In this document: piece after piece, positions 39,836 through 53,829 of the stretch
Position numbering within the stretch: position 1 is the first letter of the stretch
Layout: the number at the start of each line of letters is the position of its first letter
Source: Octopus sinensis
Taxonomy: Eukaryota
Assembly (NCBI RefSeq): GCF_006345805.1
Contig: NC_043007.1
Location: 19,468,001-19,532,000 of the forward strand
Length of the DNA: 64,000 bases
Direction: 5' to 3'
The notes under the pieces: model-generated
What the model saw: the letters and a program-made list of their open reading frames with translations, nothing else
Databases searched by the model: none
What the model was told of the DNA's origin: nothing
Program-made: the position numbers and the translations under genes

Positions 39836-40002
39836 AGACGACGACGACGACGACGACAATGATGACGATGATGACGATGATGATGATGATGACGACGATG
39901 ACGACGATGACGATGATGACGATGATGACGATGATGACGATGATGATGATGATGACGATGACGATGATGACGATGATGACGATGATGACGATGATGATGA
40001 TG
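39836..40002. repeat. (GAC/GAT)n microsatellite within a GA/GGT-rich low-complexity region (~39000-40960)
   Basis: Direct inspection. Confidence 0.9.
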
Positions 40003-40636
40003 GCGGTTATAGTGGTTGATTAGTGTTGATAATATATTTTTTAAAATAAGATATTGTTGATGTTGTTAGTGGTGGCAGTGTCGGTAGCAGCAGCAGCAGC
40101 AGTAGTGGCAGTAGCAGTAGTAGTAGCAGTAGTAGCAGTAGTAGTGGTGGTGGTGGTGGTAGTTTTACTAGTATTAACAATAGTATTTATAGTAATATTA
40201 GTAGTGCGTGTGGTAATGAGAAGGTAGAAGTAGAGAGAGAGAGAGAGAGAGAATGGTAGTGGTGGCGGTGATGGCGGCGGTGGCGGTTTTCACGCAGCGG
40301 AGTTGTCGTTGATGATGATGATGATGATGGTGGTGGTAGTGGTGGTGGTGGTGGTAGTGGTGGTGGTGGTGGTAGTGGTGGTCGTGGTGGTCGTGGTAAT
40401 GATGATGATGATGATGGCTGCAGCGATAGTTCTGTCAGAAACAGAAATAAAATGAATTTGAGAGAGAGAGAAAGAGAGAGAGACAGACAGACAGAGAGAG
40501 ACAGAGTCGGGGAGAGAGTGAGTGAGACAGAGAGAGAGAGAGTGACGGAGAGAAAGAGAGAGCGAGAGAGAAGAGAGGGAGAGAGAAAGAGAGATAAATA
40601 GGGAACCAGCAAAAAAAATGTTGTTTATGAAGGTGA

Positions 40637-40671
<35 letters not shown>

Positions 40672-41292
40672 GGATAAATGGTAAGAGTATTGGAGAGAAG
40701 AGAGAGAGGGAGGGAGGGGGAAAAGTGCGGATAGTGAAGGTGGTAGTAGTAGTAGTAATGGTGGTGATGGTGGTGAAGGTGTCATTAAAAAGAGAGAAAA
40801 AGAGAAAGAGAGAGAGAGAGAGAGAGGGGTAGGAATGGAGAGAGGGGGGAAGTGGAAGAGGAGGAGAAGGAAAGTGTAGAATAATACGTGTTTGTATAGC
40901 CACACACACACAGTCACACACACACACAGTCACACACACACACACAGTCACACACACTCACACACACATGTACCACGGTTAGGTGTTTGTATGAGTGTGT
41001 GTGCATCTAATGTCTATATATGCGTGGTATAATAGATAACTATATATACATTATATATATATACATATATATATACATATATATATACATTATATATATA
41101 ACATATATATACATATATATATTACATATATAGTAACATATATATATATATACATATATATATACATATATATATATATACATATATATATACATATATA
41201 TATAGATACATATATATATATATCTTAGAGTGTGTCGGTCGGTTTGTGTTAATATGAATGCTGAACATCAGTGGTACTTTAAACCATGTAGT

Positions 41293-41336
<44 letters not shown>

Positions 41337-42391
41337 TAGCAGTAGTACCTACCAATGCATATAGTGCATCTCTTTGGCGAAGTGAAGTGCGTGTGTATAA
41401 CCTGTGTATATGCGAGCGCATGAATGCGCATGTGTATGTGTGTGGTGTGTGTGTATGTGCGTGTGTATGTGTGTGTGTATGTGTATGTGTGTGTGTTTGT
41501 GTGGTGGTTTATCTCTGCGTAAGATGTAGAGTTGTAGTGCTTGTGTGGCTCTAAGACGCGAAATGTAGAGTAAATGTAGATGTGAAACGCCTATGAGTTG
41601 TGTAGTGTGAGCGTGTAATGTGTATGATTAATGAATTATGAATTACATTTAGCGTGTGTTGTGTGTGTAATGTGTGTGTTTGGGTGTGTAATGTGTGCGT
41701 GATATGCGTTGCTCCATTGTATATGCGTGGGTGTGTATGAAATATACATCTGTGAGATGTTTGAAATAAATGGAATGTGTGAAGCGTTCCGTGTTTTCTA
41801 AGTGTGTGTGTGTATGTGTTGTGTGTGTGTATGTGTCTGTGTCTGTGTGTGTGTATGTCTGTGTGTGTGTGTGTGTGTGGTGTGTGTGTGTGTGTGTGTG
41901 TGTGTAATAATGGATACTGTACTTACTTTAAGACGTATGCGAATGTGCAATACTGAGATTTGCGTTAAATACAGTCTGTGCGTGTTGTGTATGTATCTTA
42001 AACATGTGTATGTGTCTTAAATATGTGCATGTGTATGTATATGTCTTAAACATATGTATATATATATGTTTGTGAGTGTGACTTAGATGTGTTGCGTATG
42101 TGTCTGAAACAGATGCCTGAGTATGCGTCTTAAATAGACGCGTACGTATTGGTATGTGTCTTAGATATATGTATACGTATGTGTGTATTAAATATATGCG
42201 CCTGTATGTGTATATGTCTTAAATATATGCGTTGTGTGTACCTTAAATATGTGTAAATATCAGACCGTGTAAAATGAATGCGGCGTATAGTTATTATCCA
42301 TATTATTATATATTGCATGAGATTTGTGAAATACGTGTAGACTGTTGCCGACAAAGGTACTATACGCCGTCTATTGTGTGCTTTATAATAT

Positions 42392-42612
42392 ACTCTTTTA
42401 CTCTTTTACTTGTTTCAGTCATTTGACAGCGGCCATGCTGGAGCACCGCCTTTAATCAAGCAACTCGACCCCGGGACTTATTCTTTTGTAAGCCCAGTAC
42501 TTATTCTATCGGTCTCTTTTGCCGAACCGTTAAGTGACGGGGACATAAACACACCAGCATCGGTTGTCAAGCAATGCTAGGGGGGACAAACACAGACACA
42601 CAAACACACACA

Positions 42613-42679
<67 letters not shown>

Positions 42680-42843
42680 GACGGGCTTCTTTCAGTTTCC
42701 GTCTACCAAATCCACTCACAAGGCTTTGGTCGGCCCGAGGCTATAGTAGAAGACACTTGCCCAAGATGCCACGCAGTGGGACTGAACCCGGAACAATGTG
42801 GTTGGTAAGCAAGCTACTTACCACACAGCCACTCCTGTGCCTA
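42392..42843 (-). mobile_element. SINE family A, young full copy
   Basis: Near-identical reverse complement of 52468-52888 with CpGs retained. Confidence 0.9.
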
Positions 42844-43322
42844 TATATTTACTATTTTGTATACACCATACATGTGTTGTATCCGGTGAGCGAGAATAAC
42901 GTAGCATTTGTATTATGGTGTGTGACCTATAAGTGCGTATTTGTGTTGTGTGTTTGCTGCCGTGTGTAGGTATTACATATGTGTTACATAATAAGTTAAG
43001 TGTGTGTAACACAGCGTTTGTAGTGCGGTGTGTAAGTATGAAATGTGCGTGCCGTGTAATGTGATCGGTGTTAAACATGTGCGGAGTATTATGGAGGATG
43101 CTGTGTCACGTGATGGGAACTGTGTCGTACAATAAGAGCTGTGTAGTGTTATGTAGAGTGTGCGTGTGTGTGATACGTTTGTAGTGGGTGGTGTGTAATG
43201 TGGGCGTGTGTATTGCATATGTAGGAAGAATGAAATGTGTGCATGCGCGTCTGTGAAGTGCAACGTATGGTGTTATGTGTATGCATTGTAGTTTTTGAGT
43301 AGTGCGTGTGTGGTGGGGGATA

Positions 43323-43652
43323 AAGGCCTGTGGCTTAGTAGTGAGGGGTATTCGGCTCAAGATCGCAAGGTCGTGAGTTCAATTCCCGGCGGCGCGTTGT
43401 GTCCTTAAGCAAGACACTTTACTTCACATTCCTCCAGTCCATTCAGCGGGCAAAAATGAGTTGTACCTGTATTTTAAAGGGCCAGGCTTGTCACACTCTG
43501 TGCCACGCTGAATCTCCCTGGGAACTACACTAAGGGTACACGTGTATGTGGAGTACTCAGCCACTTGCATGCTTGCATATTAATTCCACGAACAGGCTGT
43601 TCCGTTGATCGGATCAGCTTGGACCCTCATCGTCGTAACCGACGGAGTGCCA
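43323..43652 (+). mobile_element. tRNA-derived SINE with RTE-like tail (family D)
   Basis: GTGGCTTAGTAG...GAGTTCAATTCC boxes, TGTGTCCTTAAGCAAGACACTT domain, CGTCGTAACCGACGGAGTGCC tail. Confidence 0.7.
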
Positions 43653-43886
43653 GTTATCTGTGTGTGTGTATTGCAGTGTAGTTAGCAAAGCGTGTACTTT
43701 AGTGTGTTGTGCAGCAGCAAAGTCTGTACTCTAAAGTACGTAATCCAATGTGTGTGGTTAGCAATGTGTGGATGTATTCATTGCATGATGTGCAGGTTAT
43801 GTGAATGTATGTGGTGCATGTGCAGTATAGATGCATGCATTATTGTGCATTTGTGACGCAGTGTGGATGCACCTGTTAGTGTAGAT

Positions 43887-44543
43887 CAGCGGTTGTCAAC
43901 CGGGGTCCATCTAACGAAATAATCTCCACGTGAGATTTTGTGGCTAAAGTTCGTCTGCAATAAATTGGTTATGCATCTACGAGACACGGATTATTTTACC
44001 ATTCCTTTTTAATACGATTCCTGATAATACCTCTTTTACTCTTTTACTCTTTTACTTGTTTCAGTCATTTGACTGCGGCCATGCTGGAGCACCGCCTTAG
44101 TCGAGGAATCGACCCCCGACTTATTCTTTGTAAGCCCAGTACTTATTCTATCGTCTCTTTTGCCGAACCGCTAAGTTACGGGGACGTAAACACACCAGCA
44201 TCGGTTGTCAAGCAATGCTAGGGCGACAAACACAGACACACAAACACACACATGCATATATACACATATACGACAGGCTTCTTTCAGTTTCCATCTACCA
44301 AATCCACTCACAAGGCATTGGTCGGCCCGGGGCTATAGCAGAAGACACTTGCCCAAGATGCCACGGAACCATGTGGTTGGTTAGCAAGCTACTTACCACA
44401 CAGCCACTCCTGCGCCTAATTATGAAAATATGATGGGATCTTTATTAAAACGCTGGTTGGCCATGAGGGTCCAGAAGGGCAAAATGGAAACCAAAAGGGA
44501 ACCAAAAGGGGTCCACAGGGCAGAAAATGGTTGAGATCCACTG
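43887..44543. mobile_element. hAT-type MITE with a nested SINE-A (~44030-44417, minus)
   Basis: TIR CAGCGGTTGTCAACC / GGTTGAGATCCACTG; degenerate 8-bp TSD GTGTAGAT / GTGTGGAG; related to 22122-22371. Confidence 0.7.
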
Positions 44544-44715
44544 GTGTGGAGCACAAAGAGCAATCAGAATGTGTGTGAAGGGCACTGTAATTTGCGTGGG
44601 TGTATATTGTATGTGTGTATGTGGAGTTGTTGTATGTCTGGCAACATGCGTGTGTAGAAGTGTGCTTTGCGGCCGGTGTGTTTATAGTGTATAGTAAATT
44701 AAGTATAGATAATAA

Positions 44716-45010
44716 GTGTTGTTGTTGTTGTTGTTTTGGTGGTGGATGTGATGTTGGTGTTGGTGGTGGTGGTAGTGGTGGTGGTGTTGGTGGTGGTGTT
44801 GGTGTTGGTGGTGGTGGTGGAGGTGATGGTGTTGGTGGTGTTGGTGGTGGTGGTGTTGGTAGTGGTGCTGGTGGTTGTGGTAATGGTGGTGGTGGTGGTG
44901 GTGGTGGTGGAGGTGGTGGCGGCGGTGGTGGTGGTGGTGGTGGTGTTGGTGTTGGTGGTGGTGGTGGTGGTGGTGGAGGTGGTTGTGGTGGTGGTGGTGG
45001 TGGTGGTTGT
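44716..45010. repeat. (GGT/GTT)n microsatellite
   Basis: Direct inspection. Confidence 0.95.
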
Positions 45011-45126
45011 CGTTGCTTCTGTTGTTAAACCCTAGGTCTTCTCTAACGAAATAATCTTATGATTAACGGCACTTCTTTTTTTAAGCAACAGGAACTAAAT
45101 TCCTCAATATATTCTTTAATTTACTT

Positions 45127-45311
45127 CAGTGGCGGAGCTGGTGGGCGATGTGCCGCCGGGCGAAGTTTTTTATGGTGGCGGCACTATTCGGTTTGCCGTA
45201 TAAGCATGTATATTCTTGGAGATTCGGGGCACTGATTGTGGTGGCAGTGGTGGGGGAGACGTGTTAAGTTCAAGGGCTGCCCCGGCGGCACACTCTCCAC
45301 CTGCGCCACTG
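45127..45311. mobile_element. hAT-type MITE
   Basis: TIR CAGTGGCGGAGCTGG / CCACCTGCGCCACTG; 8-bp TSD ATTTACTT / ATTTATTT. Confidence 0.8.
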
Positions 45312-46149
45312 ATTTATTTAAATGAATATTTCAGAAAATTTTGCTGCTATTTCTAGCAGGTCGAATGACTGCTATAGGATCTCTCATATTGTCTGTCGAA
45401 AGTGATGTGTAGTGTTCGATGTGTATGTGTAGTGTTGGGTGTGTATGTGTGTTAGAATGAGTGTGTGTGTGTGGTATAGCATTGCCTGTATGTACATGTG
45501 TGTGTCTGTACAGATGATTATCGAGACATTGATTACCCAGAGAATAGCTTAAGCGTTAGTCTTCTGTCAAAGTCACGGCGTCTTCAAGTTGGGAGACCCA
45601 ACAGACAGTCGGTGTATGTATGTATGTATGTATGTATGTATGTATGTATGTATGTATGTATGTATGTATGTATGTATGTATGCATGTATGTGTGTATGTA
45701 TGCATGCATGCATGCATGTATGTATGTATGTATGTGTATATGTGTATGTGTGCATATATTTGTACATATATATATGTGTGTGTATGAATGTATGTATGTA
45801 TGTACATATATAAGTATCTAGGAAGGAAGAGATGCATGTATGCGTATATGCACCTGCACAACCATATATATATATATGTATATATTATTTCTTTATTGCC
45901 CACAGGGGGGCTAAACATAGAGGACACAAACAAGGACAGACAAAGGGATTATGTCGATTACATCGACCCCAGTGAGTAACCAGTACTTAATTTATCGACC
46001 CCGAAAGGATGAAAGGCAAAGTTGACCTCAGCGGAATATATATATATATATGCTTGTACATAAATCTCCCTTCATAGATACATATATACATACATACATA
46101 TACACATATATATATATGTGTACAGATACATGCACACATACATGCATAG

Positions 46150-46470
<321 letters not shown>

Positions 46471-46935
46471 TATGTACACGCACATGTCGTTGCGTACATT
46501 GTTCGTGACGAACAAGAAGGAAGAGAAACAATACGTGGTATAGTGTTTCACGAAAGCGCACCGCCCATGATATAGATATGTAAATGCATACGACGGGCTT
46601 CTTTCAGTTTCCGTCTACCAAATCCACTCACAAAACTTCTGTCGGCTCGAGGCTATTGTAGAAGACACTTGCCAAAGGTGCCCCGGGGGTGGAGCTGAAA
46701 CCGAAACCATGCGGTTGGGAAGTGAGCTTCTTACCACACAGCCGCACCTATATACACATACATACGTACATACATACATACATACATACATACATACATA
46801 CATACACACATACATATATACATACATACATACATGCATGCATACATACACACATACATACATACATACATACATACATACATACACACATACATATATA
46901 CATACATACATACATATATACATACATGCATACAT

Positions 46936-46989
<54 letters not shown>

Positions 46990-47079
46990 AGGTGCATTCA
47001 AGTGTAGCTACATACACACACGTGTGTGTATATAAACTTCCAACCACTATCGCCATCACCACCACCACCACCACCACCA

Positions 47080-47121
<42 letters not shown>

Positions 47122-47122
47122 A

Positions 47123-47154
<32 letters not shown>

Positions 47155-47316
47155 CACTACTACTACTACTAACACTACTTGTTGCAATCGTTAGCGCCTC
47201 TGTTGCTATCGAAGCAATTGTAGCCGCGTAAACCCGATGACTGCCGACGAAGACGATGATGGCGACGATGGTGTGATGATGTGATGGTGATGCTGATGGT
47301 GATGATGATAATCAGC

Positions 47317-47331
47317 ACATCATCATCATCG

Positions 47332-47369
<38 letters not shown>

Positions 47370-47522
47370 GTCATCGCCATCATCATCATCGTCATCATCA
47401 TCATCATCATCGTCATCATAATCCTCATCATCATCATCGTCATCATCATCATCATCGTCATCGTCATCATCATCATCATCGTCATCATCATCATCATCAT
47501 CATCGTCAGCATCATCATCATC
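47317..47522. repeat. (CAT/CGT)n microsatellite
   Basis: Direct inspection. Confidence 0.95.
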
Positions 47523-47793
47523 TTCAAAGCATCATTACGGTGGTGGCCGCGCAGGCGGCGGTAGTGGAGGACGATGGCGCTAGTAGCTGTACTATGATTT
47601 GCAGCAGCAGCAGTAGCAGCAGCAGTAGCAGCAGCAGCAGTAGTAGTAGTAGTAGCAGTAGTTGTTGTTGTTGTTGTTGTAAGTGTTTCTAATTGAGGTA
47701 GGTAGAAGTCGGTTAGCATTCTAAGTCGGTGGTGATTCCGAGGAACTGGGTGGTGCCTGTCGTCGAGAGATAGGCGACAGAGAGGAAGAGACA

Positions 47794-47828
<35 letters not shown>

Positions 47829-48181
47829 GTAAGGAAGAAGACAAGGAAGAGAAAGGAAGGAAATAAAGGTGGGGGGAGGGGCTGGTTCGGCTGTAGAAGA
47901 TGGAGGGAAGGTGGTGGATGATGAGACTACGAAATGTCATTTGCCATACATGTGTGGTCGTGTGTGTTTATATATGTCTATCTGTCTGTTCAAACGGCAC
48001 TTGGTGATCTGTCTGTCTGTCTGTCTGTCTTGTCTGTCTGTCTGTCCTGTCTATCTGTCTGTCTGTCTGTCTATCCATTCTATCTAGCATTGTGTGATTA
48101 CATGTATACGCCTGTAGTTTGTATATATGCACCTATATGTATGTATTTATGTATCTATGTATGTATGTGTGTATGCATGTG

Positions 48182-48273
<92 letters not shown>

Positions 48274-48277
<4 letters not shown>

Positions 48278-48468
48278 ATCAAACAACAAAGCACAAAAAA
48301 AAACACAACAACGCGAGGACGTGGAACAAATATAGTATTATTGGATGCTCAGGAAAGAAGGAAAGAAGGAAAGAAGGAGGGTTTAACGTTTCGAGCGGAG
48401 CTCTTCGTCGGAAACATAGGAGAAGGAAAGACCCAGAGAAGGGAAGACAGAGGAAAAAAAATCGCCAA

Positions 48469-48470
<2 letters not shown>
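48274..48470 (-). mobile_element. Short Penelope-type terminal-repeat element in (TA)n with a variant hammerhead (48381-48415)
   Basis: Minus strand: GTTT-CCGACGA-A-GAGC tcc GCTC-GAAA-CG-TT-AAAC; (TA)n on both sides. Confidence 0.6.
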
Positions 48471-48504
<34 letters not shown>

Positions 48505-48549
48505 ATATACATATACAGATGCATATGTATATTTATACACATATATGTA

Positions 48550-49667
48550 GAGGGGTTAGACAAAATAATGGAATCACCTCGCACCATAGTATCATAATTT
48601 TTATGTTTTTGATTTATTATTAGTGTTGCTTAATATGTTTTGCTAAAAGTGCTGTTTCTTTTCAGATATCATCAGAAAAAGATAATTGAAATCCATTAAA
48701 ATGACAGATCTATCGGACTTTCAAAGAGGTCAAATTGTTGGTGCTCGTATGGCAGGCGCTAGCGTAACGAAAACAGCCGAAATGTTTGGTGTATCAAGAA
48801 GTACTGCCTCGATAGTAATGACAGCCTTTGAGAAAGAGGGAAAACCCTCTTCATCGAAACAAAACTCCGGAAGAAAACCAAAACTTTCAGATAGGGACCG
48901 TGGAACTCTTACACGAATTGTTAGAAAGGACCACAAAAGTACAGCTCCCCAAATTACAGCTGAGCTTAAAGACCACCCCGAGAACCCACTACTTTCAAAA
49001 ACAAGCATTGCAAAGCGTTTAGAGTGGAGTAAAAAATCCACAGAATTGGTCCCTAGAGCAGTGGAAGAATGTGATTTTCTCGGACGAGTCATCCTTTACC
49101 TTATTTCTGACCACCGGCCGAGTATACGTGTGGAGACAGTCAAAAGAAGCATTTGACCCAGACTTCCTTCTTCAAGCTGTTAAAATTGGAGGAAGATCTG
49201 TGATGATCAGGGGGCTATATCTTGGAAATACGCCCGCCCAATGGTTTTCCTTCATGGCAGAATTAATAGTCAAGACTATTTAAGCATTTTATCTGATCAA
49301 ATTCATCCTATGTTTGTGGAACCGTTTCCGGAGGAAAACGCAATCTTTCAGGATGATAAAGCACCAATTCACACACTTAAAGTTGTTACTGAATGGCAAG
49401 AGGAACATTCTAGTGAAGTTGAACATCTTATCTGGCCACCACAGTCTCCAGATTTCAATATTATTGAACATTTATGGTGCATTTTAGAAAAACAAGTAAG
49501 GAGTCGTTATCCTCTACCATCATCACTACTGAAGAATGGACAAAAATTCCTTTGGAAACAATTCAAACTTTGTACGAGTCCATATCTCGTAGAATTCAAT
49601 ATATTACTGCGAAAGGCGGTCCTACCCCATATTAAAATAAATTTGTTTAAAATTTTTAAGGTGTTTC

Positions 49668-49672
<5 letters not shown>
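48550..49672 (+). mobile_element. Tc1-family DNA transposon (decayed)
   Basis: Left TIR GAGGGGTTAGACAAAATAATGGAATCACCT after TA; partial right TIR AGGTGTTTCCATTA (49659-49672) running into (AAT)n. Confidence 0.9.
48701..49634 (+). pseudogene. Tc1-like transposase pseudogene (frameshifts and deletions)
   Basis: MTDLSDFQRGQIVGAR..SGRKPKL HTH region; IFSDES, FQDDKAPIH and WPPQSPDFNIIEHLW catalytic motifs spread over three frames. Confidence 0.9.
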
Positions 49673-49732
<60 letters not shown>

Positions 49733-50133
49733 TAGCTCAAGTAAAGACCAAGTGCGTGGGTTTAATTGGCAAAAATAAGACCATCCTCAAATATAGCAAT
49801 GTGTGTGTGTGTATACACACGTTAGGTTATTTGTGAAGTCTTCATGAGTGCCACCGTTAACATGGAATCCAGTACAGCCTGTTGAATGGTCGGGTCATCT
49901 GCGATTAAACCCAGCACTCCCACTAGGCTTGCCTGGTGAGGATGATTGCTAGGAACACACTTGCAGGACCGAAAAACAAGGAATATCCTGCAATCGCACG
50001 AGTCCTCAGAAATTTCGGTTTGGTGTCCAGCGTATCGGAATACAATGGGGAGTGGGGCACTCCCCAGCTTTTGTCACAAGGTGACGGCCACTCTGACATG
50101 AAATCAGATATGAAGGGAATGGCGTTGAACATC

Positions 50134-50582
50134 CTTTTCTCCTTTAGGCACAAGGCCTGCAATTTTTGGAGAATGGGCCCGTCAATTAGATCGACCCCAG
50201 TATACAACTGGTATCTAATTTATCGACCCTGAAAGGATGAAAGGCGAAGTCGACCTAGGCGGAATTTTGATACCTTAATATTGTTTTCTATTCTAGGTAC
50301 AAGGCCCGAAATTTTTGAAGAATGGGCCTGTCGATTAAGTCGACCGCAGTACACAACTGGTATCTAATTTATGGACCCCGAAAGGATGAAAGGCGAAGTC
50401 AACCTCGGCACAATTTCGGTATCTTCATATTGTTTTCTACTCTAAGCACAGGGCCCAAAATTTTGGGGGAATTGGCCAGTCGATTAGATCGCCCCTAGTA
50501 CGCAACTGGTACTTAATTTTATCGACCCTGAAAGGATGAAAGGCAAAGTCAACCTCGGCGCAATTTTGGTATTTTAATATTG
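50134..50582 (-). repeat. Tandem repeat, 149-bp unit x3, derived from the SINE-B 3' half
   Basis: A(G/A)G(C/T)ACA(A/G)GGCC at 50146, 50295 and 50444; each unit carries GAAAGGATGAAAGGC. Confidence 0.85.
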
Positions 50583-50829
50583 AAAAACGAGGAAGTATTT
50601 CTTTTGTGACATATATTGAGTAATTGCTTCTAACTTTGCATAATCTATTTTTGAAACATCTTTAATTAGAAATTGGTATTTACGTTTTTTAATTTGTGCA
50701 AAATTTTAGGCAAATCAATCACGTTGCCCCACTTAACTAAAATACCGCATATACTCATGCATGCTCTCTGCGCGCGCACGTGTGTGTGTGTGTGAAAGAT
50801 TTTTCTTTAATTGAAGTTTTTCTTGAGAG

Positions 50830-51170
50830 GGTTCAAGACGGTCGCTAACAAGGTGACAAGACTCTTTGAGTTAAGAGAGTTCACGCTGTTTGTAAATATG
50901 TGGTTGAGTTGGTGGTTTGGTTGAACTGTCGATGCATACACCTGAGCCTGTGCATGTTTTCACATAAGAACCTCACGGAGAATTTTTGCAATGTCTTACA
51001 AATCTTCACTGTGCCACTTAATAGATTAGATTTGGAGGATCTGCGCCAGTTTCTTTTGCTCTTTCTAGTTTTTTGTGCTAATTTGTTGGTACATAACCTA
51101 ATGCACCTATGACGGTAGGTACAAATGAGAAATTATTTTAAGGGTACTTGAGCTGTTGAGGTCCGTCGTA
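50830..51170 (-). mobile_element. R4/Dong-type (RLE) LINE 3' end; related second 3' end at ~51890-52065
   Basis: Minus-strand translation FSFVPTVIGALGYVP...LLSGTVKICKT matches R4-clade C-terminal motifs. Confidence 0.65.
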
Positions 51171-51544
51171 AATGTTCTTTTTCCCTGAACTTTTGATTGT
51201 ACCTTTCCATCCGCTGGGCAGCTGTGCGTATGTCCGTACACACGTATGTGAGTATGTATGCACGAATGTACGTACATGTTTGGCATTGTTCAGTTTATTT
51301 CCAGATTTCTTGCCTATAGAGAAAGAGCCGGTTTCTAACCCAGATTCAAGGCTCCTTTATTGGAATTTCAACATCAATAACAGAGTATTTTTGTTTGTAT
51401 ATATGCACGTATGTATGCATGTATGTATGTATGCATGTATGTATGTATGCATGTATGTATGTGTACAGATTTGTATGTTTTGTTTTATGTATGCATTCTC
51501 ATGCATATAGTTGCATATCTAGACATGCTCCTATACATTTAAAC

Positions 51545-51819
51545 CAGTGGGTCCCAAACATTTTTGGGCTGCCTCCCCTATGACACCCAGGTCACATTCC
51601 TAGTGCCCTCACCCCCAACTAACCCTCACAAACATAGACCTCTTTCTGAAGCAACTTCAAAGCAAATGTATTTCACAAATAAAACTAAACCTAACGAAGC
51701 CATTATTTTGTTTTTACCTGAATCGCTCCCCCATTATCGCCCCACTTTTTTCTTCAACGCCCCGCTGGAACTTTCCCCCGCCCTCAAGAGAGCAATTCCA
51801 CCCACTTTGGGAACCACTG
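51545..51819. mobile_element. hAT-type MITE
   Basis: TIR CAGTGGGTCCCAAA / TTTGGGAACCACTG; 8-bp TSD ATTTAAAC / ATTTAAAT. Confidence 0.85.
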
Positions 51820-52467
51820 ATTTAAATGATATTTCAGTGATAAATTACTGGACAGTTTTATGTATGTATGTATGTATGTATGTATGTTCTTGAGAGAGTT
51901 CGAGGTTAAGAGAGTCCTCGATGTTTGTAAGAGAGTTCTCGATGTAGTTGAGCTCTCGATACACACATTCCAACGATTGCATCTATTCATCTAAAGAATC
52001 TCAGACGCTGAATCTTTGAAATGTCTTACATATCTTCATTGTGCCACTAACAGAATGGATTTGCTCATTCTTTGATAAACCTAGCATTTCTAGATTTGTG
52101 TGTGTGTGTGTGTGTGTTATCTGGTTGTCCCTCTCTTTCTTTCCCTCTCTCTCTCTCTCTCTCTCTCTCTCAATGTGTATATGTATAATATTTGGGGCGG
52201 GAGGAACGGTGAAACTCGAAGCAGCTAAAAGTATGAATATCGGATTCTATTTTGGCACAAGGCCAGCAGTTTTGGAGGACGCGGTAAGTCTAATACATCG
52301 ACCCCCAGTGTTCAACAGGGGCTTATTTTATTGAACCCGAAAGGATGAAAGGCAAAGTCAACCTCGACGGAATTTGAACTCAGAACGTAAAAAGAAAATG
52401 TGAATAAAAATAAAAGGGATGGCAAGGAAAATATACACGAATAAAAATTAATAAACATATATATAAT

Positions 52468-52888
52468 AGGCGCAGGAGTGGCTGTGTGGTAAGTAGCTTG
52501 CTTACCAACTACATGGTTCCGGGCTCAGTCCCACTGCGTGGCATCTTGGGCAAGTGTCTTCTGCTATAGCCCCGGGCCGACCAATGCCTTGTGAGTGGAT
52601 TTGGTAGACGGAAACTGAAAGAAGCCTGTCGTATATATATATATATATATAATATATATGTGTGTGTGTATGTGTGTGTGTGTGTTTGTGTTTGTCCCCC
52701 TAGCATTGCTTGAAACCGATGCTGGTGTGTTTATGTCCCCGTCACTTAGCGGTTCGGGAAAAGAGACCGATAGAATAAGTGCTGGGCTTACAAAGAATAA
52801 GTCCCGGGGTCGATTTCCTCGACTAAAGGCGGTGCTCCAGCATGGCCGCGCAGTCAAATGACTGAAACAAGTAAAAGAGTAAAAGAGA
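52468..52888 (+). mobile_element. SINE family A, young full copy
   Basis: Complete head, internal (TA)(TG) tract and GTAAAAGA tail. Confidence 0.9.
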
Positions 52889-53568
52889 GCAAAGAGTACA
52901 CATACACACACACACACACACACATATATATGCAGGTATATATATAACATGTATGTATGAATGAAGTTTACTAAGAAAGTTTCGTTAAGTTCCATGTACG
53001 AAAATCTTGTCCCTTGAGTCAATATTTATAACTTTCTGCTGACTGGAAAATAAGTGCGTAATCTCATGTATTTTATTTCTCCTCTGTGTGTATGTGTATT
53101 TGTGTATGTGTGTGTGTGTATGCCTATCGTTCCCCCCACACCCCCCTTTTTTAAAATAAAGAACTATTAATGAAACATGTATACGTAATTCCGTTGCTGT
53201 CTTTCGAGAATTCCAGAAACTTGACAGAACGGTTTACACAACTTGCAATCACGCAAAACAACGGAGAGGTAAAACGTGTGCCACATTTCCGATCCTCAGT
53301 CGACGATATTAACGAATCAGTCAGTCTGAATAAAAGATCTGTGGACTGGGAAACTCTCGCGGGATGAAAATATTCAATTTTAAATGAGCATCAAATATTC
53401 TTAACTGTGTCACTTCTGCGTCCCAATCGTCTTCCTCTCCTCATAATTAATCTTTTGATTGGTTCTAAGCGGTTTTCGCCACCTACATTTAACTAGACTT
53501 AAACTGTGCAAATCTGTCTGTCTGTCTATCTATCTATTTATCTGTCTGTCTGTCTCTCTCTCTCTCTT

Positions 53569-53643
<75 letters not shown>

Positions 53644-53768
53644 CTTCTATCTATCTGTCTATCTGTCAGTCAGTCAGTCTGTCTGTCTATCTCTCTTTCT
53701 GTCTATCTATCCATCTCCTGCCTGCCTGCCTGTCTGTCTGTCAGTCAATCTATCTATCTAACTATTTT

Positions 53769-53828
<60 letters not shown>

Positions 53829-53829
53829 C

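Noticed and set aside
44600-45028. Glycine-rich protein ORF
   Set aside because: (GGT)n microsatellite
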